A stretch of 64,000 nt of DNA from Schmidtea nova (Eukaryota): assembly GCA_044892505.1 (NCBI GenBank), contig CM097883.1, forward strand, positions 45,260,001 through 45,324,000. Reading direction: 5' to 3'. The position numbers were made by a program, and so were the translations under genes. Shown here one piece after another: positions 22,521 through 36,289 of the stretch. The notes beneath the pieces were generated by a model that saw only the letters and a list, made by a program, of their open reading frames with translations, did not search any database and had not been told where the DNA came from. Positions within the stretch are counted from its first letter, which is position 1; each line of letters begins with the position of its first letter.

Positions 22521-23928
22521 AAATGAAATTTATTGATTTATTATAAATCTTACTTAATATTTGAATTTGAAACAAGCGCTTTCTAATGAACTTTAAAATA
22601 AAGAAATACGTTATATATAAAAAGTTATGATGATTTAAAATTATTATATATTATTCGGACATTTCATTCGGGACAAAAATTGAGAAATGAAAAGATGGCA
22701 GCGAAATAAAAGAAATCGAACAATTAGCAAGAAAGGTCATTCCTTATTAAGAAGTACAAAAAGGGAAAAGGAATTTCGAAATTGAAAACCAAAAACAAAT
22801 GGAAAGTTTATATTTTCTCTATACTGATCAACTGGTAGTCTTTGGCAGCTTTCGAAATCATTACCATTATTTGCCGAAGTAGTAGACATAGGTATTTGAT
22901 CATTGTTATTTTAATTACTCGCCATATTTTCCTTCTGTTTCTTATTTCAAAATATAAGATTTCTTTTGTACAACTTTTTCTCGTCTAAATTTCAAAAAAT
23001 TATAATTTTTAATTTGACATTTTGTTTTAATTTTGACTCGATTATTAGTTTAAATTTAGTTTAAATTTGTTAAATTGTGACTGTCCTTCCTATTATTCCA
23101 ATCTCAATTCCTTCGACCATGACTATTAAGTACTTTTAGTCACATTCTCTTGATATGACCTAACTTTTGTATATTTCACTTCATAAAAATATGAAATAAA
23201 ATAACCTTTAAATTAAAAACCATTGAAAAATCAGTGTCCTTTTAAAGATTTTGAAAACTATTAAATATTTTTCATTGACTAACAGAAAATATTTTTATAT
23301 CACTCGGTTTTTAAGGGAAAAACAGAAATAAAACATAAAATTTTATTAAAATAAAATTTCAATTTTAAAATTTCAATTAAAATCATTTTTAAAACATTTT
23401 TTAAATAGTAAATATTTTTAATTAGTCTTTTAAAAATTATTTTCATTTAATAAATCTCTTTTTAAATCAAAATTGCACAAAAAAAGTTTAGATGTAAATT
23501 AGTAAATGTATAAATTGCATTTCAAAAATAATTCAACTTAAATATTTTAATTTTAAACGGCAAATTAATTTTACAAAATGATTTTTATTTGGATTTTTAT
23601 CCATATTTTATAAAATTTTACTAAAAATTTCCTGGACAAATTATTTTTAAAAATTTAAAAAAATATTTTTTTAAATGTTTCATAGTTGTAATTTGGGATA
23701 ATAAAATTGCATTTAAAAAGAAAATATTGTTATTTATAAAAAGTTACCATTTAAAAAAATTTATATGATAACAAGTTTAAATTTCATCTGTTTTAAAGAG
23801 TTCAATTTTTTTCAACAATAAAATTAGAATTATTATATATTAATTTTATCCAATGAAAACTCTTTAAAATTCAATAAATTAGTAATTCTATTTTTTTCCT
23901 TATATACTTAGTATAAAATATTTATAAA

Positions 23929-24750
23929 ATGAACATTTGTATGATTTGCTATTGTGAATACGATGAATTATGCATTGTCATCAAATCTTGCCAGCATCAA
24001 TTCTGTTGGGGATGCATGAGGGACTGGATAATAATAAATCCCATTTGTCCATTAGACAGGAACTTGATTTTCAGAATGGATCTTATTAGAGACAACAAAG
24101 TCATTGACAATATAAGTGCAAATGATATGCTAGAAGGTATCATATGCCAGAAAATAGAAGAGATTGATGGGATAATCGAGTCTGGGCAAAGTTATCTGAT
24201 CAATCAACTAACCCAAATTAGAACATTAGAAGTATATCTATGTGACAAAATAGATAAATCTCTGAAAATTAAAATAAAAAATATGTATTTAATAAAAAAA
24301 ATTAAGTCCCAAACGCCCTCGCCGAATTCCATAAGATCCTCGTGCCTGCAACTAAGGAATTTGATAACGAGAGAAACGGTTGACATGGCCAGGCTGTATT
24401 ATAATGCCAAGAAATCTTACAAAGAAACGTATAAACAGTTCAAATTAATAGACGAAAACAAAGATAAATTAGAAATCTTTGAAGTGAATTGGGGGGTAGA
24501 CACTGGCAACAGGTCACAACTTGTCCATGATTTGCGAGTGAACTTGCAGGCAGTTTACAACTTTTGGTTTACTGTTCAAATAAATTTCGTAGACATTGTT
24601 ACGATATTCCAAAACTTTCACTGCCATGCCCGACTGCAGACTTCCAGACGAAACTCGAAATCAAAGAAAATATGCTTAGAGGACTTACAAAATATTCGTA
24701 ATTTACAAGAAATATCATTGGGGTACACCACAAAGGCTCTTAATAGATAA
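23929..24750 (+). CDS. Intronless RING-HC (C3HC4) E3 ligase-like protein, 273 aa
   Basis: N-terminal CMIC...CQHQFCWGCMRDW....CPLDR followed by a helical region; intact ORF; AATAAA downstream. Confidence 0.7.
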   Translation: MNICMICYCEYDELCIVIKSCQHQFCWGCMRDWIIINPICPLDRNLIFRMDLIRDNKVIDNISANDMLEGIICQKIEEIDGIIESGQSYLINQLTQIRTLEVYLCDKIDKSLKIKIKNMYLIKKIKSQTPSPNSIRSSCLQLRNLITRETVDMARLYYNAKKSYKETYKQFKLIDENKDKLEIFEVNWGVDTGNRSQLVHDLRVNLQAVYNFWFTVQINFVDIVTIFQNFHCHARLQTSRRNSKSKKICLEDLQNIRNLQEISLGYTTKALNR

Positions 24751-24899
24751 TTGTAAAGAAGAAAAATATTTTTATCTTTTTTAATTAGAAAATAATTGTT
24801 TATTTTTAACCAATGCTAATAAAAGTTCACCCGCAGTGCGGTAGGGTAGCGGGAGGTGATTAGGGAGCGCAAAGGAACAATGTGGCCATGAAAAGGAAT

Positions 24900-26148
24900 T
24901 TGTCAAGTTATAAACTCGTATTGCAATTAATATGACTACTTATTGCTGTATTTATATGTCATTTTGTTTTAATTGTCGCAATGTTGCAGTCGGTATTATT
25001 GGGGGATATGTACGTCATCTCTTTCAAGCCAACTCACTACAAGCAATGCCAAAAATTCGACAGAAAATTTAGTGTTTCTAAAAGTTTTCACCAAGAACTT
25101 GTTGAATTGAAAATTTGCATGATAATAGAAATGGAATTTCACAGAATGTTTTCTGCAATTCCAAAAAGTAGAATCCCACCAATTGGTCTGCAACTCAACC
25201 ATTGGAGAGCTGCTTCCATTCTCCACCTTATTCTAATGAACTTAAAACGCTTTAGGGGAAATTTTTAGAAGTGTAACTAATACATTTTATTTTTTTTAAT
25301 TCAATCTGAGAAGATCTTTGGGATTCCGTGAAGAATGAGAAAGGATTGTTGGCAATGGAAGAGGAGGACACTAAATATGTTGATATATTAAAGGATGTCA
25401 AAGAATCAAAGCGTCTCCCAGTATTAGAATATTTATATCATTTAATTTGGGCAATATTTTTACTTTCTTCTTCATTTCAGAAGAAGCAGGCTCTCAGATC
25501 CATTCAGAAATATTTGTCTTTGAAATAAATTTTATTTTAAATTTTATTTTTATTGCTTTTTAGTTTGTTAGAAATATCAATGATGGACATGCTGTATTGT
25601 TCACTAATAATTTGTCCTGTTAACACGAGTTCTACCAGAAAAAATGAAATAATCATTCATTTTAAAGAAAATGCATTAAAATTTAATTTAGTCAATGTAT
25701 ACCAGGGGCTCCCAAGGTGGGCTGTATATCCCTTTGGGTTGTTTTAATTACACTAAGTTGGCACTGGAAGCCAGTCAATCCAAAGTAGCAACAAAATATT
25801 TTCATGTTTTCAGACTTTTTGCTGTGATTTATGAACCTTTTCTTAGCGCTTTAGTTCTGCTTGCTCATGTTTCTCTAAGCTTATCATTTGGCTCGACACA
25901 AATTCATAAGATAAAAAATAAAGCCAATCTCGACCATTTAAAAAGTTGATCAAGTCAATCTTTTTTGGATGATATCAATTTGATCCACTCTAATACCCTA
26001 CCAAATGAATATGATTCAGGTTTAAATATTTTTTAATATTTATAACAGGATCATGCAGTCCGTCATCCTGATTACGGTTGGGGGCGTTGGGATACATATT
26101 CATGGAACCAAGGGGGGGGCGGCGAATACACAAGGCTTGGGAAACGCT
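24900..26148 (-). pseudogene. Heavily decayed hAT (ZBED/Ac-like) element
   Basis: Remnant motifs VATLD*LASSANL (cf. T.D.WTS.AN) and LQTNWWDSTF (cf. TRWNST); TIR-like CAGCGTTTCCCAA at 26148-26136. Confidence 0.45.
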
Positions 26149-27051
26149 GATTTATGTGTTTGTATGTGATTTATTTGCTAATCGGTAGTTTTTGGTAAAA
26201 TATTTCGTCAATATTTTTAGTGTTAATGAAATAATAAACAGGCATAAGTTTTATCAAAATGCTGTCTGGTGCTAAGCATTTAAGTCACTGACTCCTTGAA
26301 TGAAATTGAAATATTTACAAAGCCCTTCAATGAAGAATCATGGAAAAAGACAATTTATTCAAAATACCATTTATGAAATTTTAAGTGCATAAAAAGAAGT
26401 CTACCCAAGTTTATGGAATATTTGGCTCGAGATCTTGTAATCTCTACTGTTTTCTAGAATAAAAATAATTTTCTTTTTGGTTAAAACATTCTTAGTACAA
26501 CTTAAATCTGGCTTCTTTCATTTTAAACTTTGAAAGCTAAATACCTTAATTCAAGTGTATAAGGATCGCCTTATACGCTATTTTACTGATGTGAAACCCT
26601 TGCTGTCTTAATAATGTTTTATTTAATTTGGTTCAATGAATTAAAGATATTTTAAGATAGGACGCAAAAATTTGAAAAATATTGTGCTTTCGTGAAATTG
26701 TTACTTTAGAAAGGTTTTATATTAAATATAATATGTAATCTAATTAAAAACTTCTTTACTTATATTACATAAATAGAATAATCTGCAAATAATTAAAAGA
26801 TTTAATAAGTTTTTATAATAATAATACAAAATTTAGGGTCCCGCCACTGTGGCCCTAGGCTTCAGTCTTGTCAGCCTAAGGGTACATACAGGCCTGCTGT
26901 AGCGCTCTACAAGATAAGTGTCCATTGCATTCATAAAAGGCATGCCATATATTTTAATAATATGATAATATTTGATATCTGAAACAAATTTAAATATATA
27001 TTTCTTTTTTAATGGCATCAATGTGTAAAGTTTATCTATTGTAGGTAGATG

Positions 27052-30000
27052 CAGCGCCGTGCTGTAACTTTTGGGGGCCCTGTGCAGAAACTAAAAATTT
27101 TCTTTTTTAATTTGTATTAATTTTTCATTGATTTTATTAAAAAAAATAATACAAAGCAATTATAAAGTAATTTTTCTAGCTCTTTTGCTGGCAAATTCAT
27201 CAATTATGTCATTGTAATCAATTTTTCTGGCTGTTGCATTTTCAATTGACAGTATTGCTAATCCAGAAAGTCTTTCCTGCGACATAGTAGACCGTAGATA
27301 ATTTTCAATTAATTTTAGTTTTGAAAACGATCGTTCACAATGAGCAACGGTAATGGGTATTGTTAAAATGATTCGATATACGATACATACATTTGGATAT
27401 AATTCTTCCAAATTCCTTTCTAAAATGAATTGAAAATTCTGCATAATTGTATAATTATCTTCTAAAATATATTTTAAAATAGAAAGTTCATTTTTAAATT
27501 CCACTTCTTCAATATCGCCTTCTAAGCGCTTGACCAGATTTGTACAATTAGCATTGAATTCATTTGTATTCATAGTTTTTAGCTTCTTATTATCGAAAAG
27601 AAAACCGAAAATTTCATTTAAAGAATTATACGATTCAAATCGTTCTTGCAATGAATCTTTTACAATATCGATTAATTTATAAAAATAAGATTGTTTAAAT
27701 TTATCTTCAGCAGTTAGAGTTAGATGGTTACACTCATCATCAATTTCAGGAATGAGATCATATATATATATATAAATATCATCTGGTATATCATCTGTAC
27801 TAATAACATCGACATCGTTATATTTATCATCTGCTTTATTTTTATGGTCTGTATAATAACAGTAGTCAGCCAATCTTTTGAGATTACGTACTCTCCGTTT
27901 TGGTAAGGGTAAACCAGGTTCTGGTGATTTATCAAGACCTTCATTGTTTCTACTTGTTAATATTTGCGTATCACGAGAAGGCCGTTCAGTGAACTGTGCT
28001 ATTACATTTATTGCAACCGATGACTCTCGTGCTTATTTTATAATTTCTTCGAAATTGTTTTTAAAATCATCAAGCGATAATAGCATAGCACTTGTATGTT
28101 GTAATGCTATTTTAATTGCCATATCTTTTCGCTGAAGCAATTGGCTAAAAATGTGAAGCTTTGATAACAAGTGATACCAAATTGTTGTTAATACAATAAA
28201 TTCATAAGAATTTATTTGTTTTATTAAAGATGCAGCAAGAGTTTTACAATCTGGGTAGGTATTTTTAAGTTCATCTAGCGCAATACTAATTTCTTTAATC
28301 TGGTATTTCACGGCTTTTATACTTTTAAAGCGATATTCCCATCGAGTATCGCTGGGCGCCTTCAGATTAATTTTTAAATATTTTACTTGAATAGCCCATC
28401 GCTTTGTCGATGCAGCAAAAATTTTATATATATTATTTAATGTAGTGAAATAATTCTGACTTTTAATAGTGTTTTTTACACTATCTCCTATTACTAAATT
28501 GATGTTGTGTCCACCACATGGTGTATACCATGCTTTATTGTTGATTTCTAAAATTCGACTTTTCACTCCCTTATATTCTCCTTTCATATTGCTTGCGTTG
28601 TCATACGACTGACCACGGCAATCAGCAATTTTGATTCCCAATACTCTTAATTCTTCAATAAGGACATTTGCTAAATTTTCTCCAGTTGAGGACAATATAT
28701 TTACAAAGCTTAAGAAACTTTCTTGAATACTTGGCTTTTGGTCCGTTATTTTAACATACCGAATAATGATGGACAACTGATCTTTTTGGCGAAAATCCGA
28801 TGTTGAATCTATCATAACTGAAAAGTACTTTGATGATTTAATATATTTTACTATTATATGTAAAACTTTAGAAGCTAGTTGTAATATAATCTCGTTTTGA
28901 ATTTTAGCGGAAAAATATGACGTCACTCTTTTTTCCGTTTCAGTTACTGATTTTAAATGCATTTTTAGTTCTGGAACAAAATCAGAAAGTAATTCAATTA
29001 CTCCCAAAAAATTACCATTATTCGGTTCAAAAAGTTTTTCGTTGCTGCCTCTAAAAGCTAAATTTCGTTCACTTAAAAACAATACCGCTCTTACTATACA
29101 TTTCAAAATTATTCGCCACCTTCGCTTTTCTTCATTGAACACATCTTCATTAAGATGGTCTATTCCTGTTCTACGTTTAATATTAAATTCTAGAATTCGC
29201 CATTTATACTCTGATTCAATATGCTCCTTTGAAGATTCATGTTCAGATAACCGTTTTCCTGTGTGTGCATAGTCAGAAAATCCGCCATAAGTTAAGCTTA
29301 TTTTCATCAATGAAAACAAACGGCAACAAAAGCAGAAAATGTTTCCTGTTGAGTTAGAATATAAAAGCCATTTTCTTAATTCTTTTTCAACATTTTTCAT
29401 TTGTCGATAAAAAAAAGTGGCACTGAAACATCTTCCTTGAGATTTTTCTTTTATAATGGATACCTTCAATACATTTTGGTGACTGCTCGACCAAAAACAT
29501 CCGTTGTTTGTTGTCGATTTCAACAGGCCAAGTTGCAGGATCTAATATATCATATTAAATTTAGCAGATAAAGTACTGCTCTCTATTTGTGGATTATTAC
29601 TAATTTCTGAAATATTATCAGATAAAATATCGTCAATATTTGCGCAATTGGTTCCTGATTCATCATCTACATTCTCGCTCTGATTATCATCAATATTCTG
29701 AAGTTGTGGATCATTGACATTTTCTTCTACATTGTTTTCAAGTTGAGACATACTATTTGAAATCATATTTCAATTAAATTAGTGTTCGAAATTGATGAAC
29801 TTTCGCCTCGTTTAAAAAATTTATCTAATGATCCAGCAAGCCCATTTATTTCTGCTGATTTCCGGACTTGTTTTGCTCTTTTTTGTGCGCCGCTTTCATA
29901 ACATCTTTTTGACATTTCTAATTGAGGTAAAAAAAATTACAAAAACAACAGTTTAAAAAATAAATAAAAAACTTAAATAAATATATTGATAACACAACTG

Positions 30001-30423
30001 AGACTATCTTACCTGACACCTGATGTATTCCTTCTATAAATTTGAATATATGTATATGTTTTCAAACTATGTTAGTTAACACAAATTTAATTTGAAAAGT
30101 GAAAATTGCAATTTATTAAATATATAAACGAATCGTTAAATCTAAAATATCATATAATAAACAAACAGAAGATAACAATTTGAAGCAAAAAACAACTGAA
30201 TTATTAGGTATATTTGTTTCAAATTAAATCGTTGCCAACTAGATTTTTTTGAAAGTTAAACGAATTTTCAATTTTCAATTTTCAAATTTGTTTTTTTTTC
30301 TTTCAATTCGTAGTAATTTATGGTATTGGAGAAGTTTTTCTAATGTATTTAATATTTGGTGGCCCTCAAAAATTGGGGGCCCAGTGCGATTGCACTTGTT
30401 GCACTTGCAATAGTACGACGCTG
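27052..30423 (-). mobile_element. Near full-length hAT transposon (ZMYM1/Tip100-like), transposase disrupted
   Basis: TIRs CAGCGCCGTGCT / AGTACGACGCTG; flanks GGTAGATG and GGAGATG (8-bp TSD with a 1-nt deletion); CDS from about 29915 (MSKRCYESGAQKR) to 27160 with TTF-type Zn finger, DSTSD, QSYDNASNM, CERSFSKL. Confidence 0.9.
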
Positions 30424-30769
30424 GGAGATGTACATACAATAAGCATGTATATATACTTAAACATCAATCACTATTACAATCAACAAAATTTCAAGTGTTT
30501 TTTATGACTAAACATTTAATTTAAAAAAGGAAATTTATCAAAAAATTTCCATTATCAATTTCAATAATTTATTTCACAAAAAGTTTGAATTTCCTTCCTT
30601 TAGACAAGGGGTAACGTTAAACTATATATCTATACATGTTTTCTTACTTATAAAAAATTAATTCCCTCGCGCTTATCAATCCTATGGCCTAAAACTAAAG
30701 AAATGCATTTATATTTATATAAAAAACCGCCTCTATAAATTTTAAAAATATAGGTATATTTCAATAGAT

Positions 30770-31025
30770 CAGGGGTCGGCAAACTTTTAGCGGTAGCGTG
30801 CCAAGCCACTCCACCAATTAATTCAGGGTGCCACCTTATTTCATTTTACAAATAAGTAATGATATATGTCTGTGACTTTAAATAATACAGTTCTTTATGA
30901 AAATAATTTGATCCAAAATTATCTTTTATATATATATTTAATTGAAAAACAAACAACATGAAATGCCATTGACAGCTTCACCGCGTGCCCCATCTGTCAC
31001 GCATGCCATAGGTTGTCGACACCTG
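30770..31025. mobile_element. hAT/Charlie-type MITE, 256 bp
   Basis: TIRs CAGGGGTCGGCAAAC / GGTTGTCGACACCTG; perfect 8-bp TSD CAATAGAT. Confidence 0.85.
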
Positions 31026-31130
31026 CAATAGATCATACAATATAATCCTATCTAAACAACAATTTAAAACAAAAATTATTTCAATATCATTTTCACTTGA
31101 AAAGTTTTAATTTTAATAGAGTTGATAATA

Positions 31131-33223
31131 TTAGGTTGGGCCAAAAATAATTGCCAAAAAAAAATTTTAATCAAAAATGTCTCAATAATATCTCTGGTTA
31201 GAATAAAGTTCAGTAAGCGAAATAAAAACCATTCGAATCTACGCAATTTCGCCAACAAGAAACAATTTTATTTATTCCTATTGTATAGAATTCTTGAGTT
31301 CTGAAATCAATGAAATCTTCAAGGCTATTTTAGTTTCTATTTGATTTTTTAAAACTTTCTCTTGCAGAAAGTTGTCGAGATGCTTGAAAAAGCGGTAGTC
31401 AGTTGGTGAGAGGTCTGATGAGTAAACTGGCCAGGAAGAGTTTTGTAGACCAGTTCATTCAATTTCTGCAGTCACTTTTGGCACATGCACTTGACCATTG
31501 TCATGGAGAAGATTTGGTCCTTTTCGATTGATCGATGATTGACGTAAACGCTGAAGCTTTTGGTGCATTTGGTTGATTTCCTGAAAATACTTCTCTGCTC
31601 TTATAGTTTCGCCAGGATTCAAGATGTTGTAGTAGGTGATTCAACTTGCTGACCACCAAACACTAACGATGATATTCTTTTAATGGAGATTTGGCTTTGA
31701 GAATTTTTTTGGAGCTTCATCTACGTTTCAGTAACTACGAAAAACGACGACGGTTGTCGTATATAATCCATTTTTCGTCACATGTCACAATGCGATCGAG
31801 AAATAACTTATTCTTGTTGTATAAAAGAAGACCAAAGCAGGTTTTGTAAGGCGAAATATATGATTTTTGTTTAATTAATGTGACACCCATTTATCGAACT
31901 TTGTTGGCTATTTATCATTTAGTCTGTGCTGTTTATCTGACTCCTTTTTTTCTTATAAGATTGACTCAACAAAAACAACCCGACACAGTAAAATCTATTC
32001 TAAATTATTTACAACTATTTGACACAACTTTTGACTATAACAAGTCCTTGTATACAACTTCAACAACGACGATAATTTTAATAACTGCTTCCTGATTTCG
32101 CGAAGGGATACGTCTCTCAAAAGAAGATCTCCCTTTCCGTTACGCTGTAAAGAATTAGTTTAATTCTAACTACTTTGATTCTCGACCTCTCGTCTTGAAA
32201 ATAGTCACTCACTTTTTTCTTTAACCCCTCTGGCAATATCGGCAAATTGCCATCGGTTTATATAGTGACTTCGTTCTTTCATCCTGTCACGTCTTATTTA
32301 ATTTGCCGCTGATTGCCTTTGACGTTTTCTCTAAGCAACTATAATTAATTTGTTTACTTCTTTGACTTCCTTACTAACGGGATTTGCCGCTGAATTTTTA
32401 ATTCTTTTTGGGGAAACTGAATTTGGGCTTTTTCTGGAGCATCCTTCAATCATCCAATTTTCTTGGAAAATTAAATGATTTTGTTAATGCCCCTGGTTTC
32501 CCACATCGCTTGGGTTTTCCATTAGGTAATTAATTATTTTAATTTCATTATTAGTTTTTTTTAATATTTCCTTTTGGAGGCCCTTTTTATATAACCTTAT
32601 TTGAATTCGTCTCATCATTTGACATCCTCTCATATCAGTTTCCCCGTTAAATATTTTCAAAGCTTTGCGTTTTTATTGAATTCCACATAGTTTTATGCTT
32701 TTTAATTTTAATTTTCTGTGTATTTAACAAAACCCCAACAGATTTTGATTTTTTAATTTGATGCAAATGTCAAACAACTGTTGAATGGCCAAAGTTCAGT
32801 TCTTCTGCCAGTTCTCAAGTTGTTTTGCGTGAATCTGCTTCAATAACTGCCCTCAATAGGTAGTCAACAAGTGCAGAAGGACGTCCGAGACCCTCAGTAT
32901 CTTCAAGGCTCTCATCTCCACTACGAAATATTTGGAACCAATGCCGAACTGCACGCTTGTGTATTGACTCCTGGCCAAATGCTTGGATAATATTGCGAGC
33001 AGTTTCCAAAACATTATGTCTTAATTTGAACTCATACAATTAAATCGATCGAATTTGCACTTTTTACATCTTTAATATAAACAGCAAATATTTAACAAAA
33101 AAATAACACAAATAAGAAGAGAATTATTAAATCAATAGTTAGATTAATAAATTAACATTAATAAGAAAATGAGCATCTAATTTGAAATGAATGAAAACGG
33201 CAATTATTTTTGGTAGAACCTAA
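31131..33223 (-). mobile_element. Mariner (Hsmar1/cecropia-like), decayed, interrupted by a solo LTR
   Basis: TA-flanked TIRs TTAGGTTGGGCCAAAAATAATTGCC / GGCAATTATTTTTGGTAGAACCTAA; HTH ORF 33039-32815; FLDRIVTCDEKWI remnant. Confidence 0.85.
31902..32740 (-). mobile_element. Solo LTR related to 5128-5891, inserted in the mariner
   Basis: TGTTGG...CCCCAACA ends; mariner coding sequence resumes on both sides; TSD not preserved. Confidence 0.65.
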
Positions 33224-33602
33224 TATTAAATCATCCAGTGATATAAATAGATTCATAAGTCAAACTTATCAGAGCACCAAAATCATAATCAAAGAAAACT
33301 AAATATTTTTAGTTCAATTCAGGTGGGGCATGCATCCCGTTGCCCCTAACTAAGACTACGCGGTAATATTATAAAAGGTACACAAAACTTTAGCATTCAG
33401 AAATATTTTATGAATTACTCAAAATTATAATTTTTCGAATTTTTTCAGTTGGAATAAAATATTTATAAAAATCGAAATTAAACATTTTTTCACTTTTAGT
33501 ATCATAATTAATTGTTATCTTTTGATCTGTTTTTATTTAAATCAATAATTTTCATATTAATAATTGTATGACTATATATATACATTTGTTTGATTGTTAC
33601 TT

Positions 33603-33679
33603 TCACGATATTTCGATACAGCCTTTATCAATTGTGTATGAAATACACACTTGATAAATGATGGGCCGAAATATCGTAT
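33603..33679. ncRNA. Back-to-back pair of degenerate family A hammerhead motifs
   Basis: Minus 33635-33603 ACAA-TTGATAA-A-GGC(TGT)ATC-GAAA-TA-TC-GTGA; plus 33647-33679 ACAC-TTGATAA-A-TGA(TGG)GCC-GAAA-TA-TC-GTAT. Confidence 0.55.
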
Positions 33680-34226
33680 AACCAACCACCAAAAACATTT
33701 TTGGCAACATAAAATAAACATTTTTAACTTTAAAATGTTGCCCTTGTTCTTTTGAGAAAATAACTCTGAAAGGTTGAAATTACTACTTGATCCATTGGTT
33801 GGATAACGGTAGTGTTCGGTGGCATAAATATAAATTTAAGATCAGTGGTCTTCAAATTGTGTTCCGCGGAACCCTAGGGTTCCATGAAATCTTTCAAGGG
33901 TTCCACAAAAATTAGTAATTCAAAAGAAATTTCAAGAATTTCATAAATAAACTTAAATAAAATCTATATTATAACGCATCATTTTAAAATAAAATAAATA
34001 AATCATAAACGTATAACTTGAAATATTAATATAATTTGATGTATGCATTAATAATTCATATTTTTGCGGGGGATCATGCTTCTACGATTAACACCAATTC
34101 CTCAAAATATCGTCAAATTATGTGGTGAAAAGCAAGTTCACCCTAGTCATTAATTTAATTATTTTTACATTTTTTATTGTGTAAATAGATGTTACATTGA
34201 ATTTTTTATTTTTGAATAAATTTAAT

Positions 34227-36259
34227 TAGGGCTGGTACTGATTAAAATTTTCTTGTTCGATTAATCGGAAAAGTTTTAATCGATTAATTATACAAGCATA
34301 ATGCACACATAATAAATCATCATATATGCAATCGTACGGCAATTTGTAATATTAAATTGTAGCAGTGCCATAAGTGACTAAGTCCACTTTACACACTTTT
34401 TCGTTCAAAAAGTTCAAAAACATTCGTCTGCTGACTGTAAAGTCACTTGGTACTAGGCATCATAAGTCTTCAGTTTAACCAGTCACGTAGACAAATCAGA
34501 TCGTTGATATTTTCTGGAAGCAGGCATGATTGCATCTTATTAACAATGTACCCAGAAGAACTGAAAAGTCTTTCGCACGGAACAGATGGGGCCGGTACAC
34601 AAATAATTGTCTTCACAAAACTGCTGAGGACATGAAAACGATGCTGATTCAGTTTCCACTAAATGAGAGGATTTTATGTTTCTGGAAGGGGAAATTCTTC
34701 TTGGTACCGCATCAGTTCGACCTCTGCACCGTGTACTGCATCGGATTCATCAGCTGATGGCTGCGATTCAGAGTCGCACAGCAACAGAGTCAATTTTCGT
34801 TTCTTTGCCTGTGGCATTGTGTCGTCAGCATTGACTTCTTTTACGCTTGTTGGACATTCAACTCGTTGTATTTTATCGTAGAAGGCCTTGAATTCATTCG
34901 ACAATAAGGTCCACACTGCTTCCCGTTTCTCTCTTCTCATGCAGGTGAGTTTCTTGTAACGTGGATCCAAGACCGTAGCCATCTGGAACTTTGGCAAAGC
35001 ATCAATGCCTGCAATTCTGCCTTTAATGTCGTTCAACTTTGCATTTTTGAATCGTGCAATATAACCTGGATCATCATCGTTAACTTTTAACAGTCTACGC
35101 AAACAGGCTTATAAGGGTAGAACGGCAGAACATGTCACATATTGTTCACCCCCAACATATTCCGTAGCATCAGCGAGCGAACCTAAGACTGACATATATT
35201 TGGCCATTTTCTCCCAGTCTGACTCAGTCAGTTTAGGTCCACTGTAGTTTCTCGAATGATCAATGTGATACTGCATAATCGCATCTTTGACTTCCAACAA
35301 TCTGAATAACATCAGGTAGGTACTGTTTCACCGAGTTACCATATCCTGCTGCAACTTATGGAACACTACATCATCTGTCTGCTGAACGAGATTGGCATGG
35401 CTGCTTTTCAGTTTGCATGTGTTAGCCGAGCTGTGTTTGAAATGTCCAACCAATTGTCGACATTTTGCCAGAAGCGGTGATGAGTCAGCTGCCTTCAAAC
35501 CAGTTAATATGCTAAACTGCAGACAGTGTGTGATACACGGTATGTGATTGTAATCCGTTCGCCCGATAGCAGCAACCATATTTCGAGCACTGTCCGTTAC
35601 GATACAGCATATTTTGTCTGTGATGTTCCATGTTGCAGAAAACTCTTCATAGAAACTGGCCACGTTATCAACCATATGTCGTTCTTCAACAAGTAAGCAA
35701 CCTAATGCTACTGAAGTAAATCTCCAGTCGGAATCAACCCAGTGTCCCGTTAGACCACAGTATGATTCGTTGTTGTTTGATGTCCAAAAGTCTGTAGTGA
35801 GAGCCATACTAGGGACATTTTCTATAACTTTTTTGTGCTCTTTTAGCTTCTCGTCGTACATTTTACAAATCACATTATCGATTGTACGGTGACTGGGTAA
35901 AGTATAAGTCTGATTCTGTAGAGCAATACGTAGTACAGTCTGTAGGCCTTCATCTTCCACAATAACCGTCGGACGTCCGGGGCTAGCAATCCACTGGGCA
36001 ATACCAACATTCAAGTCTGTAGAAACTTTGTCGCTAATTGGTTTGTTTGACTGACATGACAAGAAACTGGTTATACCTGAGAACTCTTCTGCCGGTCGCT
36101 GGCTACAACGTAATGATACTGCAGTGGATGTTTGTGCTGAAGGTGGTACGTTAGCGACGTATTTGAGCCACGGAAGGCAAACTGTTTATTGCAGTGAACG
36201 CAGTAAATTTTGTCGCCATCTTCTACTTTACCATCAGCAGTTAGTGGCACTAAATACAC
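34227..36259 (-). mobile_element. hAT transposon (ZBED1/Ac-like) with BED finger, decayed
   Basis: BED finger CVHCNKQF...LTYHLQHKH; ALTTDFWTS, VTDSARNM, CITHCLQ, ATVLDPRYK, ERLFS remnant; TIR-like TAGGGCTG at 34227. Confidence 0.85.
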
Positions 36260-36289
36260 ACTTGATAAAGGCTGTCCAGAACATTGTGT
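36258..36289 (+). ncRNA. Degenerate family A hammerhead copy
   Basis: ACAC-TTGATAA-A-GGCTGTCC-AGAACA-TT-GTGT followed by the family's 3' flank. Confidence 0.45.
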
